From Eimeria praecox (lineage: Eukaryota): 64,000 nucleotides of DNA. Each line of letters begins with the position of its first letter. Positions within the stretch are counted from its first letter, which is position 1. The stretch spans positions 3,286,001 to 3,350,000 of the forward strand of contig OY986950.1 in assembly GCA_963920595.1 (NCBI GenBank), read 5' to 3'. Shown piece after piece: positions 63,870 through 64,000 of the stretch. Position numbers and translations under genes: made by a program. The notes beneath the pieces were generated by a model. The model was not told the origin of the DNA. It saw only the letters and a program-made list of their open reading frames with translations, and searched no databases.

Positions 63870-64000
63870 ACAGCAGCAGCAACAAGAGGTGCAGTAGCAT
63901 CAGAAGCCCCACCACCAGCAGCAGCAGCAACAGCAACAGCAGCAGCAAGAGAGCCATCACACCACCACAACCACCACCAACAACAGCAGCAACAACAGCA

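Overview
Eukaryotic, intron-rich DNA with the hallmarks of an Eimeria (coccidian apicomplexan) repeat-rich region: pervasive CAG/CTG triplets giving polyA/polyQ/polyS, interstitial telomere-like AAACCCT tracts, TGCATGCA, AGCT and TA runs. Bases 1-12.6 kb are a 13-bp tandem array (GACAGACAGAGGA). Five genes were reconstructed by hand from GT-AG boundaries and phase continuity: (A) a minus-strand multi-exon coiled-coil protein of unknown function (~12980-22939, 5' end uncertain); (B) a plus-strand 10-exon RLK/Pelle/IRAK-type (TKL) kinase (27219-37931); (C) a minus-strand 5-exon LRR-like protein with a possible C-terminal Dpy-30-like motif (41467-45256); (D) an intronless minus-strand histidine acid phosphatase with HD replaced by HQ (48649-53226); (E) the 3' part of a PK4/IF2K-A-type eIF2-alpha kinase (56981-63831, continuing beyond the window). 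Most ORFs in the track are repeat artefacts. I found no RNA genes, CRISPR arrays or transposon genes. No clearly new multi-gene system is demonstrable. The best leads are the giant satellite, repeat-built splice architecture (inverted telomere-like tracts, a candidate 10-nt microexon, an exonised repeat) and catalytic-site variants.
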